The translations under genes and the position numbers were made by a program. A stretch of 64,000 bases of DNA from Rebecca billardiae RCC1528 (lineage: Eukaryota; Protista; Haptophyta): contig OZ251246.1 in NCBI GenBank assembly GCA_965240325.2, positions 868,001-932,000 of the forward strand, written 5' to 3'. Under the pieces are notes generated by a model, which worked only from the letters and a program-made list of their open reading frames with translations, made no database searches and had not been told where the DNA came from. The first letter of the stretch is position 1. Every line of letters begins with the position of its first letter. This document shows positions 35,170-47,351 of this stretch, one piece after another.

Positions 35170-35784
35170 ATGGCGATTACGCGCTTACGAGCTGTCCAGC
35201 TGCTCGCCCTCTCCCTGGGCAGCGCGCGGGCGTTTGCCGCGCGCCGCGCCCCAGCGCCTCGCATGAAGAGCAACCTCCCCACCAAGGTGTGCGTCGTCTG
35301 CGAGCGGCCCTTCACCTGGCGCAAGAAATGGGAGCGCTGCTGGGACGAGGTGACGACCTGCTCCAAGCGATGCAACACTGAGCGCCGCCGCCAGAGCCGG
35401 CGCGGGCGCAGCGAGGAGGGCGCAGACGCGGACGACGGCGCGGCGTCGTCGGCGGCATCGTCCGATAACGAGAACGTGGCCGAGTCCTCCGAACGTGCAT
35501 CGCGCAAGGCCGCGACCAAGGAGCAGAAGGCTGGTCGGCGCGCGGCGCGCGAGGGGCGTGCGCCGCCAACCAAGGGCCAGAAGGCGTGCGACCTCTGCGG
35601 GACCGGGGTGGACCTGCTCATCCGCTGCCAGATCGACGGCACGGGCGACTGGAAGATGGTGTGCGGCCCGTGCTGGCACACGCCCGCCGTCGCCAACGGC
35701 GTGGTCGACGGCGACGGCAGCAACGATCACTACCGGTACGGCGGCCTGTGGAAGAACAGGAAGGCGCAGGCTGCAGGGCGGTAG
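35170..35784 (+). CDS. DUF2256 zinc-finger protein with second Cys-rich domain, probably plastid-targeted
   Basis: KSNLPTKVCVVCERPFTWRKKWERCWDEVTTCSKRC and CDLC..LIRCQID..WKMVCGPCW..YRYGGLWK. Signal peptide ends ARA-F. Confidence 0.85.
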   Translation: MAITRLRAVQLLALSLGSARAFAARRAPAPRMKSNLPTKVCVVCERPFTWRKKWERCWDEVTTCSKRCNTERRRQSRRGRSEEGADADDGAASSAASSDNENVAESSERASRKAATKEQKAGRRAAREGRAPPTKGQKACDLCGTGVDLLIRCQIDGTGDWKMVCGPCWHTPAVANGVVDGDGSNDHYRYGGLWKNRKAQAAGR

Positions 35785-36061
35785 CAGCACCCATTGATAT
35801 TAAGATATGCGATGCTGCTGCCGCTGATTTGGGAATGATATATGCAGCATATATGGCACTGCGTGCGCTTATTATTACGACAGTAGCAGTAGAACTACTC
35901 GTCGCGGCATTCATGCGCGGCGGCGCGCGCTGCCCGTCGCGGGCCGTCGCCGGGCGTCGGCACGTGACGATGATCTCACATCGATCACGACTCGTAGTCA
36001 TGGACGATGCTATACGGCTCGTCATCTCGTCGCAGTCCTTAAGCACAGTATACCGCGATGG

Positions 36062-36203
<142 letters not shown>

Positions 36204-36304
36204 ATGAGTAAGACTGTTGTCGTCGCCACGCAGCATGGCCATCTGGGGAGCAGAGTTGCGCGGAGCTCCGTACGTATCATTGCCAGGGTGCCCGCCTGGC
36301 AATG

Positions 36305-38343
36305 TCACGCCGCCGCCAGCAGGGCCATCTCGTCCTCCTCGCCCACATCCGCCAGCTGGAGCCCCTCCGTGTACTGCGGTGGCAGCGGAGACACTGGCTG
36401 CGGTGCGCCGCCCGCGGCTTTGGCTGACGCGTCTGCGGTGGAGGCTGCGTGCGGCTGCACGCCCTGGGGCGGGTGCTGAGCCGAGCCGGCGGGCCGAGCG
36501 CGCCTCGCGAGGCCCGCACGCCGCCCAGGGCGCATCCAGTCGTCCGTCACCCTCGCCGCCTCCGCCCTGGGCACCGGGTGCGCGCGCAGGAAGGCTTCAA
36601 ACTCGCCGAGCAGCGCGTGCCAGCGCGCGCTCGACTCCTCGCTGCTGCGCGCGGCCGCGGCCGCGAGCACTCTCGGCAGCCATCGCTCGCTGAAGTCGGT
36701 GGCGTTGAGCCGCGCCACCTCGAACGCCTGCGCCCCGCCCGCGGCGGCGGAGTACAGCAGCGCCGGCTTGCCGCGCTCGTCCACGCCGAGGTGCGGCATC
36801 GTGCCAGGCACGCCGTACCCGACCCAGCGCGCGCGCCCAATCTCGGCGCACCGGCTGCGGGCGGTGAGCGGCGGGCGGGCGAATGCGCGTGCGGAGGGCG
36901 GGGGGCATGCGTGGGGTGAGCTGGCGCGTGGGAGCGCGTCGCCGCCTGTGCGTCTCTGCCCGCCCCCCAGGGCTGAGCGTCTCGCCGCCGAGCGCGGGCG
37001 CAACTGGGGGCGGCCACGCGCAGCCCCGTCCCCAAACGTCGCGAGGGCGTGAGCAGCACAGGCCCAGAGCTGAGAGTGCGTGCGCGCGCAAGGACGCAGG
37101 CCACGCGGCCGAGCGGTCGCGCCGTCGTCGCACGCGCCCCGCTGGTTGTGCCCCGCGTGCGGTCGCACCGGTAGTACATCCAGGCAGCGCCGCGGTCGAT
37201 GTCCTGCTTGAGCGCGCCGTGGATCTGCACGACCACCGCGCCGGGCGGCAGGAACACGCAGTTGTGCAGCGCCGAGCCGAAGAGCGAGATCAGCATGGCG
37301 GACCTCCCAACTGCCCGCACCTCCTGTGCGTAGCTCATCAGCTGAAAGTCGGCGGCCACAAACGGCAGCTGCGGAGCGTGCCGGGCGCACGCGGCGCGCA
37401 CGGCGAGGACGAGCGCGGCCTCGGCCTCAACCCGCCGATCGTTCGTGCCGTGCGACGAGATGGCGTACGTCACCGTCCGCGTCGCCGCCCGAGCCGCCGT
37501 CGGCCGCTCGCGCGAGCCATGCGCGCTTGCGCCGGCCGCGCGCGCGCGCGGCGCCGCGCCGACGGCGGCATATGCAAGCCTCCGGAAGCGGTCGCCCATC
37601 CTCGGGCCGAGGAGGCGCACCCTGCCCGCGGGGAAGTCGAGCAGCATCGCCAGCCCCGACCTCCCCGCGCGTGCGCGCAGCGCCGCGGGCACGCTGCCGT
37701 TACGCACGCACGCGCCGGGCGCGCCTCGCTTGCACACAGGCACCCACGGCACGCGGCGCACTCGGAAGCCGGTCAGCCAGGGCGGGTTGAGAACCTCGAC
37801 CTCGGAGAGCGCGCTGCCGCCTCGTGGGCACAGGTGCCCGCCCGCAGGGACGTACACGTCGATCGGCGCGCGCGAGCCGAGCGGCGGCAGCGGCGGCGCG
37901 GGCTCCCAGCGCGCCCCCTCGGCCGCGCCGGCGGGCGCGGGCTGCAGGTGGCTCGTGAGCGCAAGGTGAAAGGGGAGGATGAACTCCTCAAACGCGTGGC
38001 CGTAGACGGTGGGCCGGTGGGTGAGCGCGAGGGGGACCGCCACGGCGGAGATGTTCGCGCAGCGCAGCGCCTCGTACAGCGTCGGCCTCGGGAAGCACGG
38101 CGGCTCGGCGCCGTCGGCGGCTGAGCCGCCGCCGCGCCGCGCTGCGCCCTTCCGCACCGTCTCAGGCCAGCGCAAGGCGCGCGCCACCTCGCCGTCGCGC
38201 AAGAGCGCGTCGAGCGCGAAGGTGTGGATCGTCTCCGCGGGGCGCGACACCACCGGCACCCACGGCGGCCACGGCAGCTCACCAGGCGCACAGCCCTCAC
38301 AGAGCGGGAAAGCCACGCCGGCGGGCGGGCCGGCGGGCGCCAT
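36305..38343 (-). CDS. Glycosyltransferase family 61 (DUF563)-like protein, 2 exons
   Basis: VYGHAFEEFILP and MSYAQEVRAV..MLISLFGSALHNCVFLPPGAVVVQI. Intron 37168-36855 joins YYR-RCAEIGRARWVGY. Start uncertain. Confidence 0.72.
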
Positions 38344-39100
38344 CGTGACGATGACGATGTGGCCGTCTATGATAAACTCTGACGCGTACGGGTATTTATT
38401 CGTCACTGCTATTAGGCTCGCTGAGCCACGGTTACCGTCGGGCATGATGCGCGTGAGACTACACATACAAGTTACAGTAAGCCGTGACGCACGTCGTCGA
38501 CGTCGGTGCTAGGTGGGCATGCTGCGGGCCGTCATCCGCAAACGGCGCCGCGGAGACGTCACCGACTCGACTGACGAGCGGCCACGGTCGGAGAACACAC
38601 CTGACTGGACGCCTCCGCCCCGGCGGCCGGCTCCGGCACGATGCCATGAGTGCATGCAATAGTGTAGGCGACGCGCGGGCGGCGTACAGCCAGGAGGGCG
38701 TGCACGGCGTGCGCGAGACTGTCATGGAATCGTGCGTGCATGAAATCGCGCGTGGCGGCGTCCTGCCAACCGGACTGGTGCAGGAGCTCGACCAGCTAAA
38801 GGGCGCCCTCGCAGGGCGGGGCGCTGCCGCCACCGCCGCCGGCCGCCGGGCGAGCCGTGTCACCACGGCCGGCGTGTGGAGGAGGAGGCACGGCGAGCAC
38901 GCGAGATGCTCGGGCTGCGCGTGAGCGGGGGGAGAGAGCCGCCGCCGCGTCCGACCCGCGGCGGCGTGCGTGCGTGCGTGCGTGGCGTGGCGCCCTGAGG
39001 GCGTCGGGCTGCCGAGCGCGCCGGCAGCTCAACACGCCTCGCCAGCGCGCCGCCACTCGGCGGCGCGCAGCCGCCGCCGGCGCGTGCACGCTCGCGCCGT

Positions 39101-41370
39101 TCACCGCGCGGGGGCGGCTGGCTCGGCGGCCGCGTCGTTCGGCGCGGCGCCGGCGGCCACTTCGGCCGCCGGCCCCGCCGGCGCCGCGCCCGTGCGCCGC
39201 GCGGCGTGCGGCGGCGTCTCGGTGTCTTCGTCCGCGCCCTCGGCCGCGCCGCCGGCGCCGCCGGCCGCCTGCGCGCCGCGGCGCGGCTGCAGCGCAGGCA
39301 TCCAGCGCGTGAGGTAGTGGAGCCAGCTGAGCTTGGGCGTGAGGATGAGCGTCGACTTGCCCACCGTCATGCACACCTCCTGCCCCCACGCCAGCTTCAG
39401 CGGCGAGCGGATCGGCGCGAAAGTGCCTCGCGACGAGAGGGTGTCGTGGAGAACAAACTTGCCGCCCGTGTACTCGATGCGCGCGTGCCGGCGGGAGACA
39501 GTGTGGTCCGGGATGACGATGTCGTTGTCCTCCATCTTGCCGATCGTCGCGGTGTTCCGCGCGGCGAACGTGACCCACTGGCAGCGCCGCTGCCTGTGGT
39601 GCGCCCAGTACACCTCGAGCAGCAGCGCGGGCGCCATCACCAGCTTCTCCTGCACGTCGGCGCGCAGGTCGCGCTTGCAGGTCGGGCAGGTCGCCGGCAC
39701 GCGGCCGGAGCCCTGCGGCGACGACCAGCGGCGCAGGCAGGAGAGGTGGACGTACTGCACCGAGCCGCGGCACTCGAGGCACGCGCGCATCAGCGGGTCC
39801 TCGCGCGAGCCGGGCTGCGCCGCGCCGCGCGGAAGGGAGGGGGTGCGGTGGCCGGGGGCGCGCGGGGGCGGCAGTGAGCGGCGGAAAAATTAGGGCCGGC
39901 ACCACAGGGTCAGGGTTAGGGTTAGGGGCCGGCACCACAGGGCGCACGGCGCACGGCGCGGCGCGCCGCGGGATCGCGCGCCCACGCACGCGGCCCGCTC
40001 CGCGAGCGCGCGAGGAGGAGCAGAGCACGCGCGCGCACCTCGTAGCAGAAGCAGCACTCCGCCACCTCGCCGTCGTCGCCAGGCACCTCGCCATAGACGA
40101 CGTCGCCGTCCGCGCTGTCCGCGTCGTCGTCGTCGTCGGCCACAGCCCGTGTGCCCGCCCTCGAGAGAGGCCCGCGGGCGGAGCCGGCGCCGTCGTCCGA
40201 CTCGTCGGCGGCAGAGGGCACCGAGGCGTGCGAGGCCCGGGGGGCCGCGCCGGCTTCGCCGGCCTCGCCGCCCGCCGCGCCGCCGCCCGCCGCGCCGCCG
40301 CGCTCTGCGCCCGCCGCGGCGGCGCCGCCGGCCGCTGCCGCTGCCGCTGCCGCAGCCGCTGCCCCGTGCTGGCTATCCTCCGCGCCGCTGCCGCTGCCGC
40401 TGCCGCCAGTGCCGCTGCCAGTGCCGCCGGCGGCGTCGGAGTTGTGGTGCAGGACGCGCAGCACGACGACGTACGTGTGCCCGATGCGAAAGCCGTCGCC
40501 CGCCTGCAGCGGCCACGACATTGTCGTTGAGCCTCGCTCCCCGAGCTGCGCGGCGCAGCACGCAACGGCGCGCGCGCGCGAGCGAGCGAGCGAGGGCGTT
40601 CGGGAGGCACGCGGGTGAGTGGCGCGTGGGCTGTGCGCGCGCGCGACATCCGCGCGCACACGCACGCGCGCCCCCGCACGCGCCCCCCGCGCAGCGCGCC
40701 TCGCCGCCGCGGCGCCGGCCCACCTGCACAAAGATGTCGCGGCGCCGTGACGGCACGACGACAGAGCAAGGCGTGTGGAAGGCGGGGCAGGAGGAGTGCG
40801 GCGTGAACCAGAACGAGTGGTCGTACACGTCGTAGTGTATGCGCGCGCGCCACTGCGGCTGCTGCGCGAGCGGGCACGCGCGGCGGGTTGGCGGGCGGCG
40901 CGCGCCCAGCTCAGCGGGAGCGCGCGCGCGCAGACGCCCCCGCCGCGCGCGCACGCCATGGGAGCACGGGCAAGCGGACAGCCTGGGCGCGCGTCCGCCC
41001 TGCCCGCAGCCGCCTGCCAAGCGCAGCGCACCGCAACCCCTCGCACGCCCACGCGCCCGCCGAGCGGCCGCCCACCCTCGAGCACGCGCGCGCGCAGCCC
41101 GGACCCGGCGCCGCGCGTCGGCGTGTCGCGGCCGCTCACCATCAACATGTCGAGCCCGTCGAGCTCGGGGCGGTCGTTGTCGGGGGACTCGCCGGGGGCG
41201 ATGTTGCACGAGGCGGCGGATGCGATCATCAGCGCGCCGTGCTCGTCCACGCGGTACTCGCTCGTCGCCTCCGACTGCCGCGGCATGCGCTCAGCACGGC
41301 GAGTGGTCACCTTGACCGTGACGCACCCGCTATTCGCGCGGCGCGCGCGGCTCTTCGTCTCGAGGCTCAT
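39101..41370 (-). CDS. FHA-like + RING-CH (RINGv) + FHA domain protein, putative E3 ligase, 4 exons
   Basis: Proposed exons 41370-41140, 40861-40724, 40545-40039 and 39814-39101. Motifs: WPLQAGDGFRIG; CCFCYE-PGSREDPLMRACLECRGSVQYVHLSCLRRW..CPTCK; IGKMEDNDIVIPDHTVSRRHARI..LHDTLSSRGTF. Confidence 0.82.
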
Positions 41371-42052
41371 GGCGCCGGCTGTGTGTGGTGCGGGCTGGGG
41401 TGGACGGATCTGTGCGCGCTCCCACCAGCGTGCCCGTGTGCACGCGCCGTCGCCGAGCTCGCTGGCTCGCGGGACCAGGGGGCCTCCTTATGTATGAGGT
41501 CCTTGGCGCCACGGCACTGCTGCAAAGCTCAAGCTGTCATCCGTCATCATCTAGTACCTACGCGATTGCCCACCCACGGATTGCCGGTAATAAATACGCG
41601 GCTCACAAAGCCAAACGAACAACGTCAATGCGGGTAGCATAAGCCCCATAGCAGTACTCACACCCGGCTTCAAGCGCGCAGCAGATTGAGAATCGCGCCG
41701 GAGGAGATTTGCGAGGGTACGTTTTGGAAGCGGAGAATTCAATACGGGATGAATGCGCCCACTCGATGCGCGCCTCTTCGCCAAAATATTGGGTGGGCGG
41801 GGCTCCCGACTCTGCCAATAGAACAGATCTCATCTCACCGCCACCGGGAGGCCCATCAAGAAGTCCCGGCCAACCCGCGGCTCACCAGCTCGTGAGCAGG
41901 CTCGCGAGCACCCGGACGCGCACGCCGAGGCAGGTCACCGAGCGAGCTCAGAGCGGGGAGCGCTGGCGCGCAGTGGCAGTGCCAGCGCGCCAGCGAAGCA
42001 AAGCCAAGGGCGACGGGCGTTGGAGGCCGACGCGCACGGACAAGGCGCCGCG

Positions 42053-42772
42053 ATGGACAAGCGACTGGCGGCGGCCGAGCGCGCCGGCAAGGAGGCGCTC
42101 GAGCTGATCCCCGTGCGCCTCGACGAGGTGGACGAGGCGCTGCGCACGCACTTCGCGCACAGCGCCGACAAATTCCGCGAGGCCGCGCGCGCGTCGGTGC
42201 AGCCGCGCTCCGCCAACCGCGCGCTGCTGGGTGTGCAGTACGAGGTGCACAACATGCTCGGGCGCGCGGTGAGCGACTTCCGCACGCTGGAGTTCTGGCT
42301 GGTGACGAAGGTGCCGCAGGTCTCCGATGGCAACAACTTCGGCGTCGAGGTGCAGAACTACGTCATCGAGGAGCTCAAGAAGTCGCGCACCGCATGCCAG
42401 GCGAGCGCCGACTCGCTCGCCAACTACTCGTGGTCGCGCGGCCTCGGCGCGGAGAAGATGGGCTCGAGCACGAGCACCGAGCAGAACAAGAGCGAGGTGC
42501 ACGAGGAGAAGAAGGAGGACGGCACGCCCAAGACCACCGTCACCACCAAGTCCGAGAAGACCGAGAAGGCGATCTCGAAGCCCGAGATCGAGGACTTTGT
42601 CGAGCACATCGTCGCGCTCGACGTCAAGCACTACGTCGCGCTCGAGGGGATGCTGCGCGAGCTCGAGCACGCGTACGTGAAAGCGTTCGCGCTGATCGAA
42701 AAGAACCGCGAGAAGTGCGAGAACCCGCGTGGCGAGGGCTCTGGTGGCGGCCGGCAGTTCTCGATGTACTAG
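42053..42772 (+). CDS. Proteasome activator PA28/11S REG subunit
   Basis: Activation loop LEFWLVTKVPQVSDGNNFGVEVQ and C-terminal IEKNREKCENPRG..SMY. Confidence 0.9.
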   Translation: MDKRLAAAERAGKEALELIPVRLDEVDEALRTHFAHSADKFREAARASVQPRSANRALLGVQYEVHNMLGRAVSDFRTLEFWLVTKVPQVSDGNNFGVEVQNYVIEELKKSRTACQASADSLANYSWSRGLGAEKMGSSTSTEQNKSEVHEEKKEDGTPKTTVTTKSEKTEKAISKPEIEDFVEHIVALDVKHYVALEGMLRELEHAYVKAFALIEKNREKCENPRGEGSGGGRQFSMY

Positions 42773-43301
42773 CTGGCAGACAATAGCTGCGTCGGACTGA
42801 GCGGCGGCCAGCGCGGGTCCGCGGGGTTGTGCCCGGCCGCGGCCCTCAGGGGCTGTGGGCGACGTGCGCGGTGCCACGCGCTCGAGGCGCCTTCGCCGCC
42901 GCGTCACACTGCTGCCGTCACTGCATCATGATGTTGTCATTATTCGTCTAAGGTCGTCTATGACTTCCGAAACGGGTTACGGGACGACGACCGGCGCGGG
43001 CCGCGCCGGCGCGCGGGCGGCCCGCCGCGGGGCGGCCGCCGCCGCCGGCGGCCGGGCCCGCCGGCCGCGTCGAAGTACGTGTCATCAATAATATTGGCAA
43101 GCAGGTGAGTCACGGCATCACTACTTATGTCATATATCAAGACTATTATATGCATGTCGTCGTCGTCACTGACTGCAGATCGGCTGTCGCTGAGCCGCTG
43201 CTGGCTGTGGGCCGGGCAGCGCAGCGCCCGGTCGGCGAGCAGGGCACTCTTAGTCTTACTACTCTTACTCTTAGTCAATACTGACAATAGTCTGAGGGCA
43301 T

Positions 43302-44912
43302 TCAGCTAGCAGGCAAGTAGGCAACGGGGCGCGTGCCAGCCGCGTCGGCCAGCAGCACCAGATCCGTGAGATGCTGCCGCATCGCGAGTCGCGCGGCGCC
43401 TCCGTGCTCGCCAGAGCAGCTGGCAGGCATGGGGGCGCGCGCCGCGCGTAGCAGGGCAGCCGGCAGGCCCGCGCGGACGCACCAGGCGTCGGATGCCTCC
43501 CACTCCGCGGCCGCGGCCGCAGCGCCATCGCGCGCCTCCGCAGCGTTGGGCGCGGCGCCGTCCGCGAGCCCGGCGCCGCTGCCGCGCTCGGCGCCCCTGC
43601 GCGCGGGCAGCGGCCCCTCGCCCGACTCCGCCGAGCCATCCGAGCTGCTGCTGTCGGACTCGCTCTCGTCATCCGCACCGTCGGCGCGCGCGGCGCGGCC
43701 CGACTCGGGCGCGCGCGCGCCCGCCGCTTTGGCGCGCATCGCAAGCACGGCGCACACGGCAGTGAGGCCGCCGCCGCCGCGGCGGCCGTTGGCCGAGGGC
43801 CGGCCGCGCAGCAGCGCGCGCCACCACAGCCGGTTGATCCGGCCATAGCCGCGGTTGTGCCTGTCACGCAGGTTCCAAGGCTTGGCCATGGTGAAGTGGA
43901 GGTTGCGCGCCGCCTCAAGCTCAAAGACGACACCTGTCTGCGCGCTCCGGCCCTCCGCCGCGCCGGGCGGGTGGGCGCCTCCGGCTGCGGGCGCGCCCTG
44001 CCCAGCTGCCGAGGGGGCGCGCGCGCGGTGGTGGGCGTAGATGGCCTTGGTCGCGTTGAACGCCCATGGCAGCGGCAGCCACGCGCGCGGGTGCTCGTCG
44101 GGCCCGCCATCGGGCGCCATGGCCGTTCCGCTCGTGTCGGCCTCCGCGCCCCAACTGCCACCGCCATCGCCCGGCGGCGCGTGCACCGCCGCGCCCCCTG
44201 CGGCCCCACCGCCGCCATGCGCCGTGTGCACGTAGCCGTACACCATGTTGAGCCAGTCCTGCTCCGCAAACGGCAGAGAGGCGGCGCGCGCCGGGTCGAA
44301 GCTGCCGAGCAGGGCCATCAGCCGCGCGTGCTCGCGCTCACTTGGACGCAGGACCAGGAGGCCAGCGTTGAAGTACCAGCGGCGTGCGCCGTCGTGCGCG
44401 GCGTGCGCGTACGGGCAGCGCGCGCGCATCGACGCGCGGCGACACGCGCACTCGGGCACCGCGAGCAGCGCCGCCTGCGCGGGCACGTCCACCTCGAGCA
44501 GCTCGTCCATGTTGGCGAGCGGCAGCATGTCCGCATCGAGATAGCAGAGCTGGGTATAATCGGCGCCCCAGCCCCACAGGCGCAACTTGGTCCAGCAGTC
44601 GGCGAAGTGCGCGCACGCGTAGTTCGCGCGGCGCTCCGCCGCCGCGGGCAGGCGCACCGCCGGCTCACGTCGCACGAGACAGCCCTCCTCCTGGAGCGCG
44701 CGCGCACTCGCGTCCGACACACCGCCGGTGACGATGGCGACGAGCGGGAAGTGCGTGCCCGTGGCGCGGAGCGCGCGGGCGAGGCACTGCGCGCCGCGGA
44801 GGTAGCTATCCGTCGAGAGGAGCGTCACCCAGGCCCGTGCTGCGCCACGGGGGTGCAACACCACCCGCACGTGGCCCGACTCGCCGTCGACGCGGACCGT
44901 CGCAGTCGCCAT
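43302..44912 (-). CDS. Glycosyltransferase family 8 (galactinol synthase/glycogenin-like)
   Basis: AWVTLLSTDSYLRGA, WTKLRLW, YLDADML (DxD), YFNAGLLVLRPS, FAEQDWLN, HFT..KPW. The ORF extends upstream to 45092. Confidence 0.88.
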   Translation of the reverse strand: MATATVRVDGESGHVRVVLHPRGAARAWVTLLSTDSYLRGAQCLARALRATGTHFPLVAIVTGGVSDASARALQEEGCLVRREPAVRLPAAAERRANYACAHFADCWTKLRLWGWGADYTQLCYLDADMLPLANMDELLEVDVPAQAALLAVPECACRRASMRARCPYAHAAHDGARRWYFNAGLLVLRPSEREHARLMALLGSFDPARAASLPFAEQDWLNMVYGYVHTAHGGGGAAGGAAVHAPPGDGGGSWGAEADTSGTAMAPDGGPDEHPRAWLPLPWAFNATKAIYAHHRARAPSAAGQGAPAAGGAHPPGAAEGRSAQTGVVFELEAARNLHFTMAKPWNLRDRHNRGYGRINRLWWRALLRGRPSANGRRGGGGLTAVCAVLAMRAKAAGARAPESGRAARADGADDESESDSSSSDGSAESGEGPLPARRGAERGSGAGLADGAAPNAAEARDGAAAAAAEWEASDAWCVRAGLPAALLRAARAPMPASCSGEHGGAARLAMRQHLTDLVLLADAAGTRPVAYLPAS

Positions 44913-45205
44913 GGCGGTCCCGACAACTCGTGCCGTCGTGCGCGCAGCACGAAAGGTGCGCACTGCTTCCGTTGCGGCGTTAATAATTGTTGTCGCGGCT
45001 GCGCGGCAAAAGCTTGTGTGGTAACGAAGTCGACGAGGCCCGCAGTTTACTTGCTTTGCTTTTTGCGGTTTTGCCGCACCGCCCGCCCACATTTTGATAT
45101 ATCAGCTTGCGCGGCAGACTACCGGGCAGAGAGCCTGAAAGATTAGTTCGGCACAGTTCGGCCAGACGGCCACGCTGATCGCGGCTGGTCTGGACTGTTG
45201 GCTGG

Positions 45206-46119
45206 ATGGCCGCATCAGCGGCGCCGCTCGTTGCGCCGGGCAGCGACACGGAGGAGGAGGGCCTTGAGGACTGGCTCAAGGTGGAGGCGCCGATCGAGTA
45301 CGACCGGTACGGCTTCCGCCGCGAGCGCGACGTCGACGAGCTGCACCGCCCGCTCGCCGCGCGCGACGCGCGGCTCGAGCGCGCGCAGGCGCGGCGCTGG
45401 AACGAGCTCGGGTGGCGCGAGCTCGTGGCGGAGCGCGCCGAGTGCGTGCGTGGGCTGGTTCGCCAGGGTATCCCGAACGACCTCCGGCCTGCCGTGTGGC
45501 AGGCGCTCGCGCAGGTGGACGCGCACCGCGCACGGCATGCGCCAGGCTACTTTGGCGAGTGCGCCGAGCGAGGCGCGCGCGCGCGCACAGAGGCGACGGC
45601 GCAGATCGAGCTGGACGTCGACCGCACGTTCCCGGGGCACAAGCTGTTCGACTCGCCTGAGGGCGCGGCGCGCCTGCGCACCGTGCTCTGCGCCTTCGCC
45701 GAGCACAACCCGCACATCGGCTACGTGCAGGGCATGGGGTTCCTGTGCGCAGTCCTGCTCCTCTTCAGTCCGGACGAGGCGGCGTTCTGGCTGCTCGTGG
45801 CGGTGGCGGAGAGCCTGCTCCCGCTGGACTACTACACGCCGTCGATGCTCGGGCTGCGCACCGACCAGCGCATCCTCGAGTCCCTCGTCTGCCTGCAGCT
45901 CCCGCGGCTGGGCGCGCACCTGCAGCGGCAGGGCGTAGGCGCTGCGCTGTACAGCACCAAGTGGCTGCTGTGTGTCTTCACGTCGTGCCTGCCCACGCAC
46001 ACGATGCTGCGCGTGTGGGACGTCTTCTTCTACGAGGTGCGCGCGCGCGCGCAGCCCACCTGTACGCCCCTCCGCTGCCCGCCATCGCCGCGCCGACGCG
46101 CCGTGCGCTCCGCACCCCT

Positions 46120-46151
<32 letters not shown>

Positions 46152-46936
46152 ATGCGGCCCTTGCCGTGCTGCGTTGGGCGCAGGGTAACTCGGTGCTCTT
46201 CCGCGTGGCGCTCGCGCTGCTCAAGCTGCACGAGCGCGTGCTGCTGCGCTGCGACGACCAGGGCGAGATCCTCGCGCTGCTGAACGCGGCCGCGCGCACC
46301 GCGGTCGACGCGGAGCGAGTCCTGGCGCTCGCCTTCTCTCAGCGGCTGATGGGCCCGGACTTTTGCGCGGCCGAGCTGGACAGGCTGCGCGCGCAGGCGC
46401 TGCCGGCGGTGCAGGCGGAGGGCGCGGGCGTGGGCGGCGTGCCCGTGCGCGTGCGCGCTGCCGCACCCGCCGCCGTGCGCGCGGGGACCGACGGGCACCT
46501 CGCCGACACCAAGGTGGCGCATCGTCGGGCGGTGGCGGCGGCCGCGACCGTGCGGCGCGCGACGGTGCAGCATGTCTCGTCCTCGCGCCAGCCGTCCGCG
46601 CCCTCGCCCATGCCGAGCTCCGAGGGCGGCCCGTCGCCGCCGGCCGCGTTCACGTACGTGGCGATCGGCCGGCAGCGCCCGGCGGCGATCGGCCGCTTCT
46701 TCCCCGGCGGCGGCGGCCTGTACTACCGGGGCGGCGCGGAGCAGCAGCACCCGGGCCGCGGCGGCGACTCGGGCGCGGACGCGGGCACGGCGACGCCGGG
46801 CGTGACAACATGTGTGCCGATGGCGAAGCCGGCGTCGCGCGGCGCGGCGGTGGGCGCGGCTCGCCGCGGGGCGCACACCGCGACGACGCGCGCGCCCATC
46901 GGCGTGGGCGGCGACTTTGAGCTAGTCAGACACTAG
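45206..46936 (+). CDS. TBC-domain Rab GTPase-activating protein
   Basis: DRYGF, VRQGIPNDLRPAVW, IELDVDRTF (R finger), YVQGMGF (Q finger). Intron 46037-46183 joins RVWDVFFYE-GNSVLFRVALAL. Confidence 0.93.
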
Positions 46937-47351
46937 CCGGGCTCGACATTCCTCGTCGGACTCGACCGACTACTCGGACTCGTAGACGTAGTGCGCGGTG
47001 CCGGTAGTGCCCGTGACCGTGACACTACTGACAGACGCCAGACCGCGAGGCGAGACGGACCGTCACCGTGTCCCACCCGCGCACTGCCGCGGCGCACTCT
47101 ACACTCTACACTCTCAGTATACTATTATTATTTCTATGACCGGAATCGTAGTGACCCCGAGGAGATCAGCACCGCCTCATGTCAGCGCCCAGCCCCATGC
47201 TGTATGATTCGCCTTATTCGGAGTCCGCCGTAGTCACTATAGTCTGTGAGACGTTATCATCGTAGTGAGTGTACTGCTAGTGTCATCAACATCGTCAGCA
47301 CTGACAATATGGCATCGTCAGACTCAGTGTCACGGTCTAATCACGACGGTA

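Noticed and set aside
38484-38924. Small + strand ORF (AYSQEGVHGVRETVMESC..)
   Set aside because: Some coding-like bias but no recognisable motif or clear start; cannot be supported.
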